Source of the DNA: Dudresnaya verticillata
Lineage: Eukaryota
Assembly (NCBI GenBank): GCA_977862235.1
Contig: OZ374564.1
Location: forward strand, 806,001-870,000
DNA: 64,000 bases
Direction of reading: 5' to 3'
Shown: one piece after another, positions 19,866-31,669 of the stretch
Numbering within the stretch: position 1 is the first letter of the stretch
How the letters are laid out: every line of letters starts with the position of its first letter
Position numbers and translations under genes: made by a program
The notes under the pieces: model-generated
What the model saw: only the letters and a program-made list of their open reading frames with translations
Told to the model about the DNA's origin: nothing
Databases searched by the model: none

Positions 19866-22800
19866 GTTGCCGATCTGCACCCTTAGAATCTGAAAAGTTG
19901 TCTCTGGCAACGTTTAACGTCCATGGCGTTCAAGGGAAAGAAGCCGAAGTCGAGGCCTTGGCATCCACCGTCCACATCCTTGGTCTCTGTGAAACCTGGA
20001 TTCGTCCTCAGGATCTCCGAGCTTCACGGCAATTCGACGAGTCCGTCTCCGTCGTTCAAGATCATGGTGGGTGGCGCGGACAAGGTGGGGTGGCTCTGAA
20101 GGTTGCCCCCCTTGTGAACTACTCTGTGATTCTCCGCCATTCTCAAATCGACTATCAAGTTTTAGCAATCCGGGTTGGGGGAACCCATATCGCCATGATA
20201 TACCTCCGCCCCCATCTACAGAAGACCACCTTCTTTGATTGTCTGGACCGCGTACAGTCCTCCACTCGCGGTAAGACAGTCATCATGGGCGACTTCAATG
20301 CCCGTCACACACGTTGGGACACTACTTCGAACCAACATGGTAAATGGTTGGTTGAATGGACGACCGCGCACCGTTGGTGCGTCCACGCCCCGCCCTCACC
20401 AACGTTTGCAGCTCATCAAGGCACCAGTACTGTTGACCTCTTCCTTACTAAGGGTGTTGACATCCCGGATGCCAAAATTCATTCCGGTCTGTGGGATGGC
20501 GCCAGTGATCATTCTGCAGTTCGAGCAAACATTGTGGACACCCCCGTTTACAAACTTGGCATACCCCGCATACCCCAAAGTCAACGTCGCCAGCCGACCT
20601 TTCTTCGTCAGGCAGCCGATCTCTATCGTCAAGAGATTCCGAACACTGCCAGTGAAATCACGTCGTGCACAACATCGCAAGAATTGGAGGACGCGTATTC
20701 GCGGCTGAAAGCCATGACTTTGCAACCTTGGGAGTCTGCCCGCAAACATCGTCCCCGTCGTTACAAGTACTTTTGGGACGGGCACCTCGATCATCTGAAG
20801 AAATTGCGGTCGAAGAAGTACAAACAAGCCACTCAACTCATGACGTCGGAGGCTTGGGAACAGTACAAGACCCTCAATCGACGGGTTCGCGCACTTGTGC
20901 ATCGCAATAAACGGCGATGCAAGTTGCGTTTGACAGAAGCTCTCCTGTCCTCCGACCCTACTGATGGTCCCAAAATGGTTAAGGCCGTGCTCCGAAACGC
21001 ATCCGGCCCACTTGGTTCTCGGAGAGACCAACCAATTGGGAAGTTGGACCTGGCCAACTTTACAAAACACCTCGCGACAGGGGCTGGAAAAGGACATATT
21101 CCGCCCATTGTGCCCTTCGAAACTTCCCGAAACTTCGAATCTCACGTTTTCCGTGCTATAGTCAAGGCCAAACCGAAGAAGGCCACAGGCACGGATGAAG
21201 TCTTCAGCGAAGCATTCAAGGTCGCCCCAAAGTCCTTTGCGCATGTCTTGGGACTCTTTTGGGTGAAATGCAGTCAGCTCGGGTACCTATTGCAAGATTG
21301 GCAAACATCCCTGCTGGTGCCAATTTACAAACGGGGTCCCAAATCGGACCCAACCAGCTATCGACCGATTGCGCTAGTGTCGCACGGACGACAAATGCTT
21401 TCAAAGGCAATCGCGTCTATGATTCGTAAGGAGTACCAGTTTCATCCGACTCAGTTGGGGTTCCGTGAGAAAACTGGTACCGAAACCGCCATCTTAAGGC
21501 ATGCAACCAGCACAAAAGCTGGATTCCGGTACACGGCCGTGCTCGACTTGAAGTCGGCATACGATACAGTACCCCGCGAGCGGTTGATGTCGAAAGTGAA
21601 TCAGAAGATGTCACCTACCACGGCGGCAATGGTCGCTCTGGAGTTACAACCAGCAACAGTAGTTACCAAGGGCGATATCACCGGCACCACTGCAATTGTG
21701 TCGCGGGGTGTGCCTCAAGGCGTGTCTTCGAGTCCGACTTTGTACAATGTCAACATGGACTCGTATCCTGAGTTCATGGATTTGTCAATGTCGGCCTCCG
21801 AAAGTGCTGAAGAAATCGACATTACGATCTTTGCTGACGACGTCAAGCTCCGATCCAAGACTAGTACCGGCCTCCAAACGGCCTTAGATGCGTCCACGAA
21901 ATGGGCTGATCTTGAAGGTATGCAGTGGGGAACTTCAAAATGCCATGTTTTGGAGCCCGAAAACTGCACCAAACGAGCAATGTACTACCTGAATGGTCAG
22001 AAAATTGACGTGGTAGACACTGCAAAGTACCTGGGAGTGACTCTGAAAGGTACCAAACTGGCACCTGACAAGAATTTGGAACGAGTTAAGGCGGCTCATC
22101 AACGCCTAAACTTACTCAAGGCGGTCGGCGTACACCGCAAATATGTGCCTAGCGCACGACTTGTGGACATCTGCCGCACGTATATCTACCCAGTTGCGGA
22201 CTTTAGCACCCATTTGATGCCGATCGACACGGCCGGCAAGTGCGATTTGAGTCATCAACTCGAGTTGCTGGACTACAAAGTGGCAGAATTTGCACTTGGG
22301 TGCATTGCCAAAGAGCCTATGTGGCCTCGCAGTGGCCGCATCCGCGGGCGCCTACCACGTCATTTGAAGATGGCCAAGCTGCCGGACTGGTTGCAGCGTA
22401 TCCGTCTGCGCCTTCGCAGTCTTGGTAAACGCCTCACAAAACGAGCTCACCGCAACCGTGGCGACGTGCTCGCCATGACAGATATGTTAGAATTCCGAAG
22501 TTTCCGGGCGCAGAATAAGAGTCCTCTGGACATGAGGAACCAGGATCTCCGTGATTCGTGGGAGGGCCTGTGTCGCCAACGTCGGCGGCGTATTCCAGTT
22601 CCCGACTCTGGATTCGTTCCGATTCTACACATTAGGGATCGTAAGCTGCGAGATGCCGGGATTCGATGGTATTGTGGGTCATTTCCCGGAAAACCGGATG
22701 TCCTCAAGACTCGACTTGGTCCCGAGGTCTACAGGTTGCACAAAGCCCGAATTGAGTCTGGATTGAGTGTGAAGCGTTGGAATGCGGGCGTGCAAGCCCG

Positions 22801-22924
22801 ACTCCTAGATAGTCTGAAGGCATTTCTGGATGTCTTAGATGACCAAAACTGTGTTGGTCAGAAGCGCAAACGCGAGGATTTGAGTCCCGTGCACAGAACG
22901 ACCAAGAAGCGCAAACCAAGTTAG
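19862..22924 (+). CDS. LINE ORF2: APE endonuclease plus reverse transcriptase, ~1020 aa, no ATG at start
   Basis: EN motifs ATFNVHG, GLCET, MGDFNARH, VDLFL, SDH; RT motifs YRPIAL, QLGFR, LDLKSAYD, GVPQG, FADD. Confidence 0.95.
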   Translation: MSCRSAPLESEKLSLATFNVHGVQGKEAEVEALASTVHILGLCETWIRPQDLRASRQFDESVSVVQDHGGWRGQGGVALKVAPLVNYSVILRHSQIDYQVLAIRVGGTHIAMIYLRPHLQKTTFFDCLDRVQSSTRGKTVIMGDFNARHTRWDTTSNQHGKWLVEWTTAHRWCVHAPPSPTFAAHQGTSTVDLFLTKGVDIPDAKIHSGLWDGASDHSAVRANIVDTPVYKLGIPRIPQSQRRQPTFLRQAADLYRQEIPNTASEITSCTTSQELEDAYSRLKAMTLQPWESARKHRPRRYKYFWDGHLDHLKKLRSKKYKQATQLMTSEAWEQYKTLNRRVRALVHRNKRRCKLRLTEALLSSDPTDGPKMVKAVLRNASGPLGSRRDQPIGKLDLANFTKHLATGAGKGHIPPIVPFETSRNFESHVFRAIVKAKPKKATGTDEVFSEAFKVAPKSFAHVLGLFWVKCSQLGYLLQDWQTSLLVPIYKRGPKSDPTSYRPIALVSHGRQMLSKAIASMIRKEYQFHPTQLGFREKTGTETAILRHATSTKAGFRYTAVLDLKSAYDTVPRERLMSKVNQKMSPTTAAMVALELQPATVVTKGDITGTTAIVSRGVPQGVSSSPTLYNVNMDSYPEFMDLSMSASESAEEIDITIFADDVKLRSKTSTGLQTALDASTKWADLEGMQWGTSKCHVLEPENCTKRAMYYLNGQKIDVVDTAKYLGVTLKGTKLAPDKNLERVKAAHQRLNLLKAVGVHRKYVPSARLVDICRTYIYPVADFSTHLMPIDTAGKCDLSHQLELLDYKVAEFALGCIAKEPMWPRSGRIRGRLPRHLKMAKLPDWLQRIRLRLRSLGKRLTKRAHRNRGDVLAMTDMLEFRSFRAQNKSPLDMRNQDLRDSWEGLCRQRRRRIPVPDSGFVPILHIRDRKLRDAGIRWYCGSFPGKPDVLKTRLGPEVYRLHKARIESGLSVKRWNAGVQARLLDSLKAFLDVLDDQNCVGQKRKREDLSPVHRTTKKRKPS

Positions 22925-23369
22925 CAAATCATCGCATTGGAAGCATGTAGTACCGAATATGTTTTAGAGTTTGCATGAAGGTTGAAGACGTACTCCCTTG
23001 CCACATAGTGTAGCGTAGCTACAACTTAGGACACTGAGGCGTCTCTAAATAAATCACACATTTCGACAGAGGCGATGCAGATCTGAAACAAAACTCTGCT
23101 AGGGCTGTCGGATCTATTCCTTCTCGAGGAAAAGGAGCAAGCGACGAAGAGAACTGTATCACGCCCCAGCCATGCCCTGCACACAATCTCAGACGTACAC
23201 CTGAAAGTAGTTCGGGTTTTAGTAGTGGCACACCAGAACCCGACCCTGATGCTACCCCGGAGTTGGCCGCGAGTACTAACACAAAGGGTGACGTGGAACG
23301 AACGCCAGATGCTGATGGCTCGGAAATAGAGCACGGTGACGAGCAATCAGATGCTGCGACGTTGAATCT

Positions 23370-26300
23370 TGTTGAGGACATGGTCGCTGGCGCCTCACGT
23401 CACGGGTCAGGTACCCCAGATGGTACCCTGGCACGCTTTCACCAAACCTTCCGGAGACGACAGCCCTTTTTCCGGGCTTCCAAAATCACGGCGCATTTAG
23501 GCCTTTTGCAAAAGCAACGTGAAACGGGCTTCTGATTGGTTGTTACAAACCGCCTCCATGGTCTATATGGCTTACAAGTGTTGTGCTGGAATTGGCGGTT
23601 ATAACAGGAACGGCCAAGTGGAACGATCTGATTGGACCACATGGATGCACGTGGTATGGCATGGAATGGTATTGGTATGACGCGCACTGTACTCCACAAG
23701 TACACATGAACGTGCCATGCAATGTGCTGATGGCGTCCGAGTTGGTACTGCAGGGACTTGCGCTACGTGGAGCCTGACTTGTGATATCAGGAGATGCAGT
23801 TGTCGTGCGGCCGACACGTTGGTTTACAGTTTGCACGTAGCTGTCGTGCGGCCGACACGTTGGTTTACAGTTTGCACGTAGCTGTCGTGCGGCCGACACG
23901 TTGGTTTACAGTTGCCACGTAGGTGTCGTGCGGCCGACACGTTGGTTTACAGCTGCCACGTAGGCAAATCTGGGTGATTACGTGGTCAATGATCCAAGTT
24001 GGATATTCATGGACGGACTTGAGCTGGTAAGTGCGGCCACGTGGTGTGCAGTGTTGTCCGACAGCAGCCATGCGGGGACACTCGATACTTTCACGTTCCC
24101 GCCCAAAGTTGGAGTACATATGGATGGCAGGAAATGCGGTCGCAAGAGGGATTGCTGATGTCAGCAGTTAGCAACACTGGTGTGCAAATTCCCGCCCATT
24201 TTGGTGGCGGATGTGAGTGTGCTGAGAGTATGATTTGGTAGATTTAATTGCTTTACTTTTTCCCGCCCATTTGATAATAGGGATTTTGGGCGTTTCTTTA
24301 ATGATTTGTTTTGTTTGTGTTCAAGCAGCAACTCATCCGAAAAGCTGATATAAGCCTTGTCGGATGGTCGGCTGCAGTAAACGAAGTCAAGCGACTTCCA
24401 TTTCTCATCTTGTTCACCTTCAACCTCTCCATATTCCTCTTCAGGTTATGAGCCCAGAAGGTCGACCTACGCAGACTTCATCGCTTCGCTGCAACCTTCT
24501 TCCTTTTTCTTTTCATTCTGGATACTGTCCTGTCCCGTCCTGGCCTGTCCTGTCTGCTTGTGTCCTGTCTTGTCGGCTTGTGTCCTGTCCTGTCTGCTTG
24601 TTGTCTGTTGAAAGTGGTCCCTATCCCACTGTGTCGGCTTGTGTCTCTTATTTTGTGAGAGAGTTCTCGAGGCTCTCGTCCGCTGTTGTCTTGGTCCGTG
24701 AGCTTGCTGAGAGGTTGAGTGTTGTGCGTGGTGACTCTCGTTAAGTCAGGACCTCGTTGGCCTAGGGGAGCAGCCTCCAGTAAGATCCAGAACCTTGACA
24801 CGGTTGGGCCTAGTTCCATTCCTGCAAGAGACTGGACCTGTTCGTGTGGTGAACACTCGTTTTGAGTTAGTACCCATAAGGTGGACGTCTCGTAAGGATT
24901 GCATACTTCGTGTCTGTGTGCGCACGACACGAAAGGGCTGCTGAAAGACGCATTTCACCCGGAGAATCATATCCGGGGGCCAGGAGTCCGACTCCTAGGG
25001 GTGACTAGGTAGAACCTGGTGCCAGAACATCCCGCGTCAAAAAGACGTTCAACTATCAAGAATCAACTTTTCAACTTCAAGTTTCAACTTTTCTTCTTCA
25101 GTCCAGGTGATCCCATCATCACCTGAGAGTTTCATTACTCCAAGCGTGGGAGCTACTTGGCAAAGTGTGCTCCGCTTGTGACTGTATTATATTACCGACG
25201 TGTTCGACACATTTCTCAGTTTCGTCGTCACGTCTTCGTTGTGTGAGCTGCACTGCTCTGCTTAGCACGACTATTACCCTCTGGGCATCGACACTGTAGC
25301 ACTAACAGCACTGCCCCAAGTTCACCAAGTTTTCTAAAACTATTCAAGTTATCTCTTCTCACCATCAGTCCCAACAGCTATGACTGATACCGAAGCCGAG
25401 ATGGATACTTCGAGCGGGGTCAAGATACCCCGTTTCCACGGCAGGAGAGGTGACGACTACGGTCTCTGGCGTCATCGCCTTCGTGCCGCATGCCGCATCA
25501 AAGGGGTTTGGAATGTTGTCCACACCTCAAACGACACACCGAGCAGCTCACAGTCAACTGGAGAGGCCTCAGCGGATACTTCCATTCTTCACGCCAGAAC
25601 CTTGGCCAAACGTGAGAAGGCTTGCGGGATCATTATCTCCGCACTTGGTGATGCTCCGCTTCGTGTCGTTATGGAGGTTGATGATGACCCCAAACGCATG
25701 CTGGAGCTATTGGACTCGCGCTATGCGTCCAGTCGAACCGTATCCCGTATCGCCGTACAGACCAAGCTATTCCGTATGACGTACACCGGTCAGAATATGT
25801 CCAACTATGTCGACCAGTACACGTCACTGTTCGCCCAACTCGACCTCATGGGCAACGACTCGGCGATACCGGAGACACATAAGGCACCTATGCTGCTTGC
25901 TTCCATTGATCCGTCCTGCCACCTGGAGTCAACAGCTGCAGCTCTTCGCACCAAAGATGCTGCTGAGCTGACTTGGGACTACGTCGCAACCACGCTGATC
26001 GATGAGTACAACGCCAAAGATTCTCATGGATCAAACGCAGGTGGGAGATCCGGTAAGTCGAAGAGTCGTCGGAAGAAGAAAAAGAAGTCCGCGTCGTCAG
26101 GTTCTCGCCAGCAACACAACCCGCTGGATGACAACGACGACTCCGATGACTCTTCTGATATTGAATCCACCGTCCGTGCGTTGGCGGTTGCACTCAAGTC
26201 CGCCAAGCAGGCTCACTCCACCCCGAACCGGCACCTTCACTGTGATGTTTGCGACAAGGATGGACACACCGCGGATCGATGCTATCTAAATCCGGAAAAT

Positions 26301-29300
26301 CCTAACAACAAGCTTCCTCCAAAGGTGCGACAGATGTTCACCAACCAGGGCAAAAAGGGCAACGCCAACTCGGCGGTAGCTGCATCTGGTAAGAATAATG
26401 GTAAATCTGCAAAGGTAGAAATCGCCGGTGCATCGGTTGAGATGACTACTGTTGTTCCTCCGAACGACCAAGGAACGTATGCCGACAGTGGAGCAACTGT
26501 GCATTGCTTCCACTCAATGACTTCTTTTGTACCGAGCTCAGTATCGCGCTGCGAAAAGCGTACTGTAGTGCTTGCGGACAAGTCGTCTATCACCTCAGAC
26601 CTATGTGGAGATGTGATTCTGCCGTTTGAGCATGCCAATATTCGGCTCAAGAAGGCCCTCTTCATCCCGCAGATGGGATACAATCTTGTCTCTACTGGGC
26701 GTTTGGCAGATAAAGGAATTGAATCACACTTTCGCCGCTTGGACGTGCGCTTGGTACTCGACTCTGATGGGTACTATATTGGATCCGGTGTTCGCGATGC
26801 GAGTTCTGGAATGTACATGCTACCAGAACCCGAGCCGCACACTTCGGAGGAGCAAGTACTGGCTGTCCCCAGCACGGAGCAAACTACTGAGCTCTGGCAT
26901 CGACGTCTTGCCCACATTAATTTTCGGGACTTGGCCAAAGTGCACGAGCATGTTGAGGGTGTTCCGGAGTTGGGCTCCACTCATGAAGTGTGTCGGGCTT
27001 GCAGACTTGGGAAAGCACACAAACAATCATTCCCAGGGCACTTCCGCCCGGCCAAAGCTGTCGGTGATCTCGTGCATTCCGACATTGTTGGTCCAATCCA
27101 GATCTCCTTTCCCGATCGTTTCCGGTATGCCACGACGTTTCTGGATGATAAATCCCGTTTCTTGGTCGTCGCATGTATGAGAAGTCGCCGTATGTTGAGT
27201 GCAGCATTAGATCAAGCTTCAGCAAAGTTTATCGAGCTTGGAGGAGCGGAAATAACAAAACTCCACTCAGACGGGGCTCAGGAGTATTTGGCTTTGCAGA
27301 AGGATTTGGGAGGAGTTGGAGACAGTGGCAAATCCTTCTCCCCACCTTATACTCCGGAGCTCAATGGAATCGCGGAAAGGGTGAACCGAACCATGGTGGA
27401 AGCTGCCCTGACTTTGCTGATCCAGGCTGATCTACCGGGATGTTTGTGGCCGTTTGCACTGAAGCATGTCAACTACGTGCGCAATCGGGTACCACACTCA
27501 ACCGTTGGGGCTACGCCATACTCGGTCATGACAGGTGATGTTCCTGATTTAAAACATTTAAGAGTGTTTGGATGTGCTGCATATGTCCTAAGGCTCCCAC
27601 GCGGATCCAAGTTCGAGTCTCGTGCACTTGAGGGGGTGCACTTGGAGACTCTAGAGCATGGGATCTACAGGATATTGGTCACTGGCGGTGACGGTATACC
27701 TCGTGTGGTTGAGTCGCGGCATGTCACATTCGACGAGTCCAAATTCCCGGGTGCTCCAAGCCTGTTGGAATATGGGCAGGACGAGGCAGATTCGGATGAA
27801 GATTACGAGTCTAACTCAGAGGCCTCTATTTTCAACTCGGACTCTGATGACGATGTATCGCTGGGTAACTTTGAGGATGAAGAGGATGCGATTGAAGTTG
27901 ACACACCTTCTTCAGCTCCACTACCTCCATCAGAACCCAGCTCATTCGAATCTGATGACACGGCTGAGGAAGAAAACGTCTCTGACAATCCTCCGGCTGG
28001 TGTGAGTTCAGACCCAGAACGCCAGCAACAGAGTCGATATCCTCGTGGCCAACGTCGCCAGACGTCGAAATGGTTTATGGCAAGCTCTGCACAAGCTGAA
28101 CAACAGGTTGCCCTCACAACTGGAGATGAGCCCACTCTTCGAGAGGCCATGTCTGCCACTCCGGAGGAGCGCGGGATGTGGCAATCTGCCATTGATGATG
28201 AGTTCGCATCCTTGGAATCCAAAGGCACTTGGGTCCGTGATGACAGTCCCGATGCACAGCCGCTTCCAACGCACGCCGTGCTGAAAGTTAAACGCAAGTC
28301 CGACGGGACGGTCGAGCGCTTCAAAGCGCGGGTCGTCGCTGGTGGAAACTTCCAGACGTATGGTGAAGACTACATGGAAACATACGCCCCAGTTGTGTCG
28401 TTCTCGCTGGTGCGCATGTTCCTATACTTGGTACTGTGTTCGAACCTGTTTGTTGCACAGCTAGACGTGAAGACGGCTTTCCTGAATGGTGATCTGGCAG
28501 AACACGTGTGGGTAATGTCACCGCGTGGGATTCCTGGAAGGGAATCTCTCTGTTACAAACTTCTGAAAGCTATGTATGGGCTAAAACAGGCTCACCTAGC
28601 TTGGCACACCAAGCTGTGTGGTGACCTTGCTAGGATGATGTTTGAGGAATTGCCAAGTGCACCTTGCGTGTTTCGTCGCAAATCCAAGTCTTCTGGATAC
28701 GCATACATCTTGGTGTACGTTGATGACTTGCTCATCCTCGCACCCACAAAGGCGGAGAGAGACGCCATTGTTAAGGAACTGCAGGGCCTCTACGATCTAC
28801 GGCTGTCTGAAGGGGTTGACCTCTTCCTCGGAGTCGAGCTTGGATGGGAGCTAGACTCTGATGGCAGATTTGTGTCTCTCAAGATGACTCAACAGGTCTA
28901 CACGGAAAGTGTTCTTCGTCGATTTGGACTTCAGAACTCTAAGCCGGCTTGTACGCCAATGGTTGAGTCTTTCTTCACTGGACTTGCCGCCGAGGAGGAC
29001 AAGGCTGTCGTGTCGGTTGAGACGTACCAGCAGATGATCGGGTCACTTCTATATTTGGGGCTTCGCACAAGGCTGGACATTTTGGCCTCTGCGCTTATTC
29101 TCGCACGGTTCCAGAAGGCTCCAACTGCGTACTGTCACCGCGGTGCAAAGAGGGTTCTGCGATATCTTCGAGGCACTCACAAGCATGGAGTTACGTACCA
29201 GTCCGGAACCACTCGTATCCAAGCTTATGTGGACGCTGACTATGCCGGTGACACCACAGACCGAAAATCTATGTCTGGTTACATGGTGAAACTGGGAGAT

Positions 29301-30729
29301 GCAGTGTGTATTTGGGGATCCAAGAAGCAGTCAACTGTTGCTCTCTCAACTTGCGAGTCGGAGTACTATGCAATGACTCTGGCTGCGAAAGAGACGGTTT
29401 GGGTCTCGCGAGTGCTGAAGGAGGCCGACTTGAACGTCGAAGGCCCCGTTCCATTGAGATCAGACAACCAGTCTGCCATCAATTGGGCTACTGGAGAACG
29501 CAGTCCATCTGGTCGTGCCAAGCATATCGACGTTCGTGTACACTTCATTCGCGAACTTGTCGCCGACTCTGTTCTGGAAGTGGTGTATGTGCCGTCAGAA
29601 GACAACGACGCGGACTTGCTGACAAAGCCACTCGGCCCCACTTTGCTCAATAGGATTCTACCAAGGGTTGGACTTGGAGGAGCCATCGAGGAGGAGTGTT
29701 GAGGACATGGTCGCTGGCGCCTCACGTCACGGGTCAGGTACCCCAGATGGTACCCTGGCACGCTTTCACCAAACCTTCCGGAGACGACAGCCCTTTTTCC
29801 GGGCTTCCAAAATCACGGCGCATTTAGGCCTTTTGCAAAAGCAACGTGAAACGGGCTTCTGATTGGTTGTTACAAACCGCCTCCATGGTCTATATGGCTT
29901 ACAAGTGTTGTGCTGGAATTGGCGGTTATAACAGGAACGGCCAAGTGGAACGATCTGATTGGACCACATGGATGCACGTGGTATGGCATGGAATGGTATT
30001 GGTATGACGCGCACTGTACTCCACAAGTACACATGAACGTGCCATGCAATGTGCTGATGGCGTCCGAGTTGGTACTGCAGGGACTTGCGCTACGTGGAGC
30101 CTGACTTGTGATATCAGGAGATGCAGTTGTCGTGCGGCCGACACGTTGGTTTACAGTTGGCACGTAGCTGTCGTGCGGCCGACACGTTGGTTTACAGTTA
30201 TCACGTAGCTGTCGTGCGGCCGACACGTTGGTTTACAGCTGCCACGTAGGCAAATCTGGGTGATTACGTGGTCAATGATCCAAGTTGGATATTCATGGAC
30301 GGACTTGAGCTGGTAAGTGCGGCCACGTGGTGTGCAGTGTTGTCCGACAGCAGCCATGCGGGGATACTCGATACTTTCACGTTCCCGCCCAAAGTTGGAG
30401 TACATATGGATGGCAGGAAATGCGGTCGCAAGAGGGATTGCTGATGTCAGCAGTTAGCAACACTGGTGTGCAAGTTCCCGCCCATTTTGGTGGCGGATGT
30501 GAGTGTGCTGAGAGCATGATTTGGTAGATTTAATTGCTTTACTTTTTCCCGCCCATTTGATGATAGGGATTTTGGGCGTTTCTTTAATGATTTGTTTTGT
30601 TTGTGTTCACGCAGCAACTCATCCGAAAAGCTGATATAAGCCATGTCGGATGGTCGACTGCAGTAAACGAAGTCAAGCGACTTCCATTTCTCATCTTGTT
30701 CAACTCCAACCTCTCCATATTCCTTTTCA
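23370..30729 (+). mobile_element. Ty1/Copia LTR retrotransposon, full length (unit 2)
   Basis: LTRs at 23370-24443 and 29697-30729; PBS variant GGTTATGAGCCCAG at 24444-24457. Confidence 0.97.
25380..29702 (+). CDS. Copia gag-pol polyprotein, 1440 aa, intact (unit 2)
   Basis: Same motifs as unit 1; keeps RNase H SMSGY. Confidence 0.97.
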   Translation: MTDTEAEMDTSSGVKIPRFHGRRGDDYGLWRHRLRAACRIKGVWNVVHTSNDTPSSSQSTGEASADTSILHARTLAKREKACGIIISALGDAPLRVVMEVDDDPKRMLELLDSRYASSRTVSRIAVQTKLFRMTYTGQNMSNYVDQYTSLFAQLDLMGNDSAIPETHKAPMLLASIDPSCHLESTAAALRTKDAAELTWDYVATTLIDEYNAKDSHGSNAGGRSGKSKSRRKKKKKSASSGSRQQHNPLDDNDDSDDSSDIESTVRALAVALKSAKQAHSTPNRHLHCDVCDKDGHTADRCYLNPENPNNKLPPKVRQMFTNQGKKGNANSAVAASGKNNGKSAKVEIAGASVEMTTVVPPNDQGTYADSGATVHCFHSMTSFVPSSVSRCEKRTVVLADKSSITSDLCGDVILPFEHANIRLKKALFIPQMGYNLVSTGRLADKGIESHFRRLDVRLVLDSDGYYIGSGVRDASSGMYMLPEPEPHTSEEQVLAVPSTEQTTELWHRRLAHINFRDLAKVHEHVEGVPELGSTHEVCRACRLGKAHKQSFPGHFRPAKAVGDLVHSDIVGPIQISFPDRFRYATTFLDDKSRFLVVACMRSRRMLSAALDQASAKFIELGGAEITKLHSDGAQEYLALQKDLGGVGDSGKSFSPPYTPELNGIAERVNRTMVEAALTLLIQADLPGCLWPFALKHVNYVRNRVPHSTVGATPYSVMTGDVPDLKHLRVFGCAAYVLRLPRGSKFESRALEGVHLETLEHGIYRILVTGGDGIPRVVESRHVTFDESKFPGAPSLLEYGQDEADSDEDYESNSEASIFNSDSDDDVSLGNFEDEEDAIEVDTPSSAPLPPSEPSSFESDDTAEEENVSDNPPAGVSSDPERQQQSRYPRGQRRQTSKWFMASSAQAEQQVALTTGDEPTLREAMSATPEERGMWQSAIDDEFASLESKGTWVRDDSPDAQPLPTHAVLKVKRKSDGTVERFKARVVAGGNFQTYGEDYMETYAPVVSFSLVRMFLYLVLCSNLFVAQLDVKTAFLNGDLAEHVWVMSPRGIPGRESLCYKLLKAMYGLKQAHLAWHTKLCGDLARMMFEELPSAPCVFRRKSKSSGYAYILVYVDDLLILAPTKAERDAIVKELQGLYDLRLSEGVDLFLGVELGWELDSDGRFVSLKMTQQVYTESVLRRFGLQNSKPACTPMVESFFTGLAAEEDKAVVSVETYQQMIGSLLYLGLRTRLDILASALILARFQKAPTAYCHRGAKRVLRYLRGTHKHGVTYQSGTTRIQAYVDADYAGDTTDRKSMSGYMVKLGDAVCIWGSKKQSTVALSTCESEYYAMTLAAKETVWVSRVLKEADLNVEGPVPLRSDNQSAINWATGERSPSGRAKHIDVRVHFIRELVADSVLEVVYVPSEDNDADLLTKPLGPTLLNRILPRVGLGGAIEEEC

Positions 30730-31669
30730 GGTTATGGGCCCAGGAGGTCGACCTACGCAGACTTCATCGCTTCGCTGCAACCTTCTTCCTTTTTCTTTTC
30801 ATTCTTGATACTGTCCGGTCCCGTCCTGGCCTGTCCTGTCTGCTTGTGTCCTGTCCTGTCGGCTTGTGTCCTGTCCTGTCTGCTTGTTGTCTGTTGAAAG
30901 TGGTCCCTATCCCACTGTGTCGGCTTGTGTCTCTGATTTTGTGAGAGAGTTCTCGAGGCTCTCGTCCGCTGTTGTCTTGGTCCGTGAGCTTGCTGAGAGG
31001 TTGAGTGTTGTGCGTGGTGACTCTCGTTAAGTCAGGACCTCGTTGGCCTAGGGGAGCAGCCTCCAGTAAGATCCAGAACCTTGACACGGTTGGGCCTAGT
31101 TCCATTCCTGCAAGAGACTGGACCTGTTCGTGTGGTGAACACTCGTTTTGAGTTAGTACCCATAAGGTGGACGTCTCGTAAGGATTGCATACTTCGTGTC
31201 TGTGTGCGCACGACACGAAAGGGCTGCTGAAAGACGCATTTCACCCGGAGAATCATATCCGGGGGCCAGGAGTCCGACTCCTAGGGGTGACTAGGTAGAA
31301 CCTGGTGCCAGAACATCCCGCGTCAAAAAGACGTTCAACTATCAAGAATCAACTTTTCAACTTCAAGTTTCAACTTTTCTTCTTCAGTCCAGGTGATCCC
31401 ATCATCACCTGAGAGTTTCATTACTCCAAGCGTGGGAGCTACTTGGCAAAGTGTGCTCCGCTTGTAACTGTATTATATTACCGACGTGTTCGACACATTT
31501 CTCAGTTTCGTCGTCACGTCTTCGTTGTGTGAGCTGCACTGCTCTGCATAACACGACTATTACCCTCTGGGCATCGGCACTGTTGCACTAACAGCACTGC
31601 CCCAAGTTCACCAGGTTTTCTAAAACTATTCAAGTTATCTCTTCTCACCATCAGTCCCAACAGCGATGA
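30730..31669 (+). mobile_element. Extra Copia PBS+leader+ATGA segment, 940 bp, forward orientation (unit 2)
   Basis: GGTTATGGGCCCAG follows the 3' LTR at 30730; segment ends CCCAACAGCGATGA at 31669. Confidence 0.95.

Larger units (their letters stand above)
17779..23060 (+). mobile_element. Full-length APE-type non-LTR retrotransposon (5' boundary uncertain, between ~17780 and ~18560)
   Basis: ORF1 plus EN-RT ORF2, AATAAA at 23048-23053 and CACACA tail. Confidence 0.8.
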
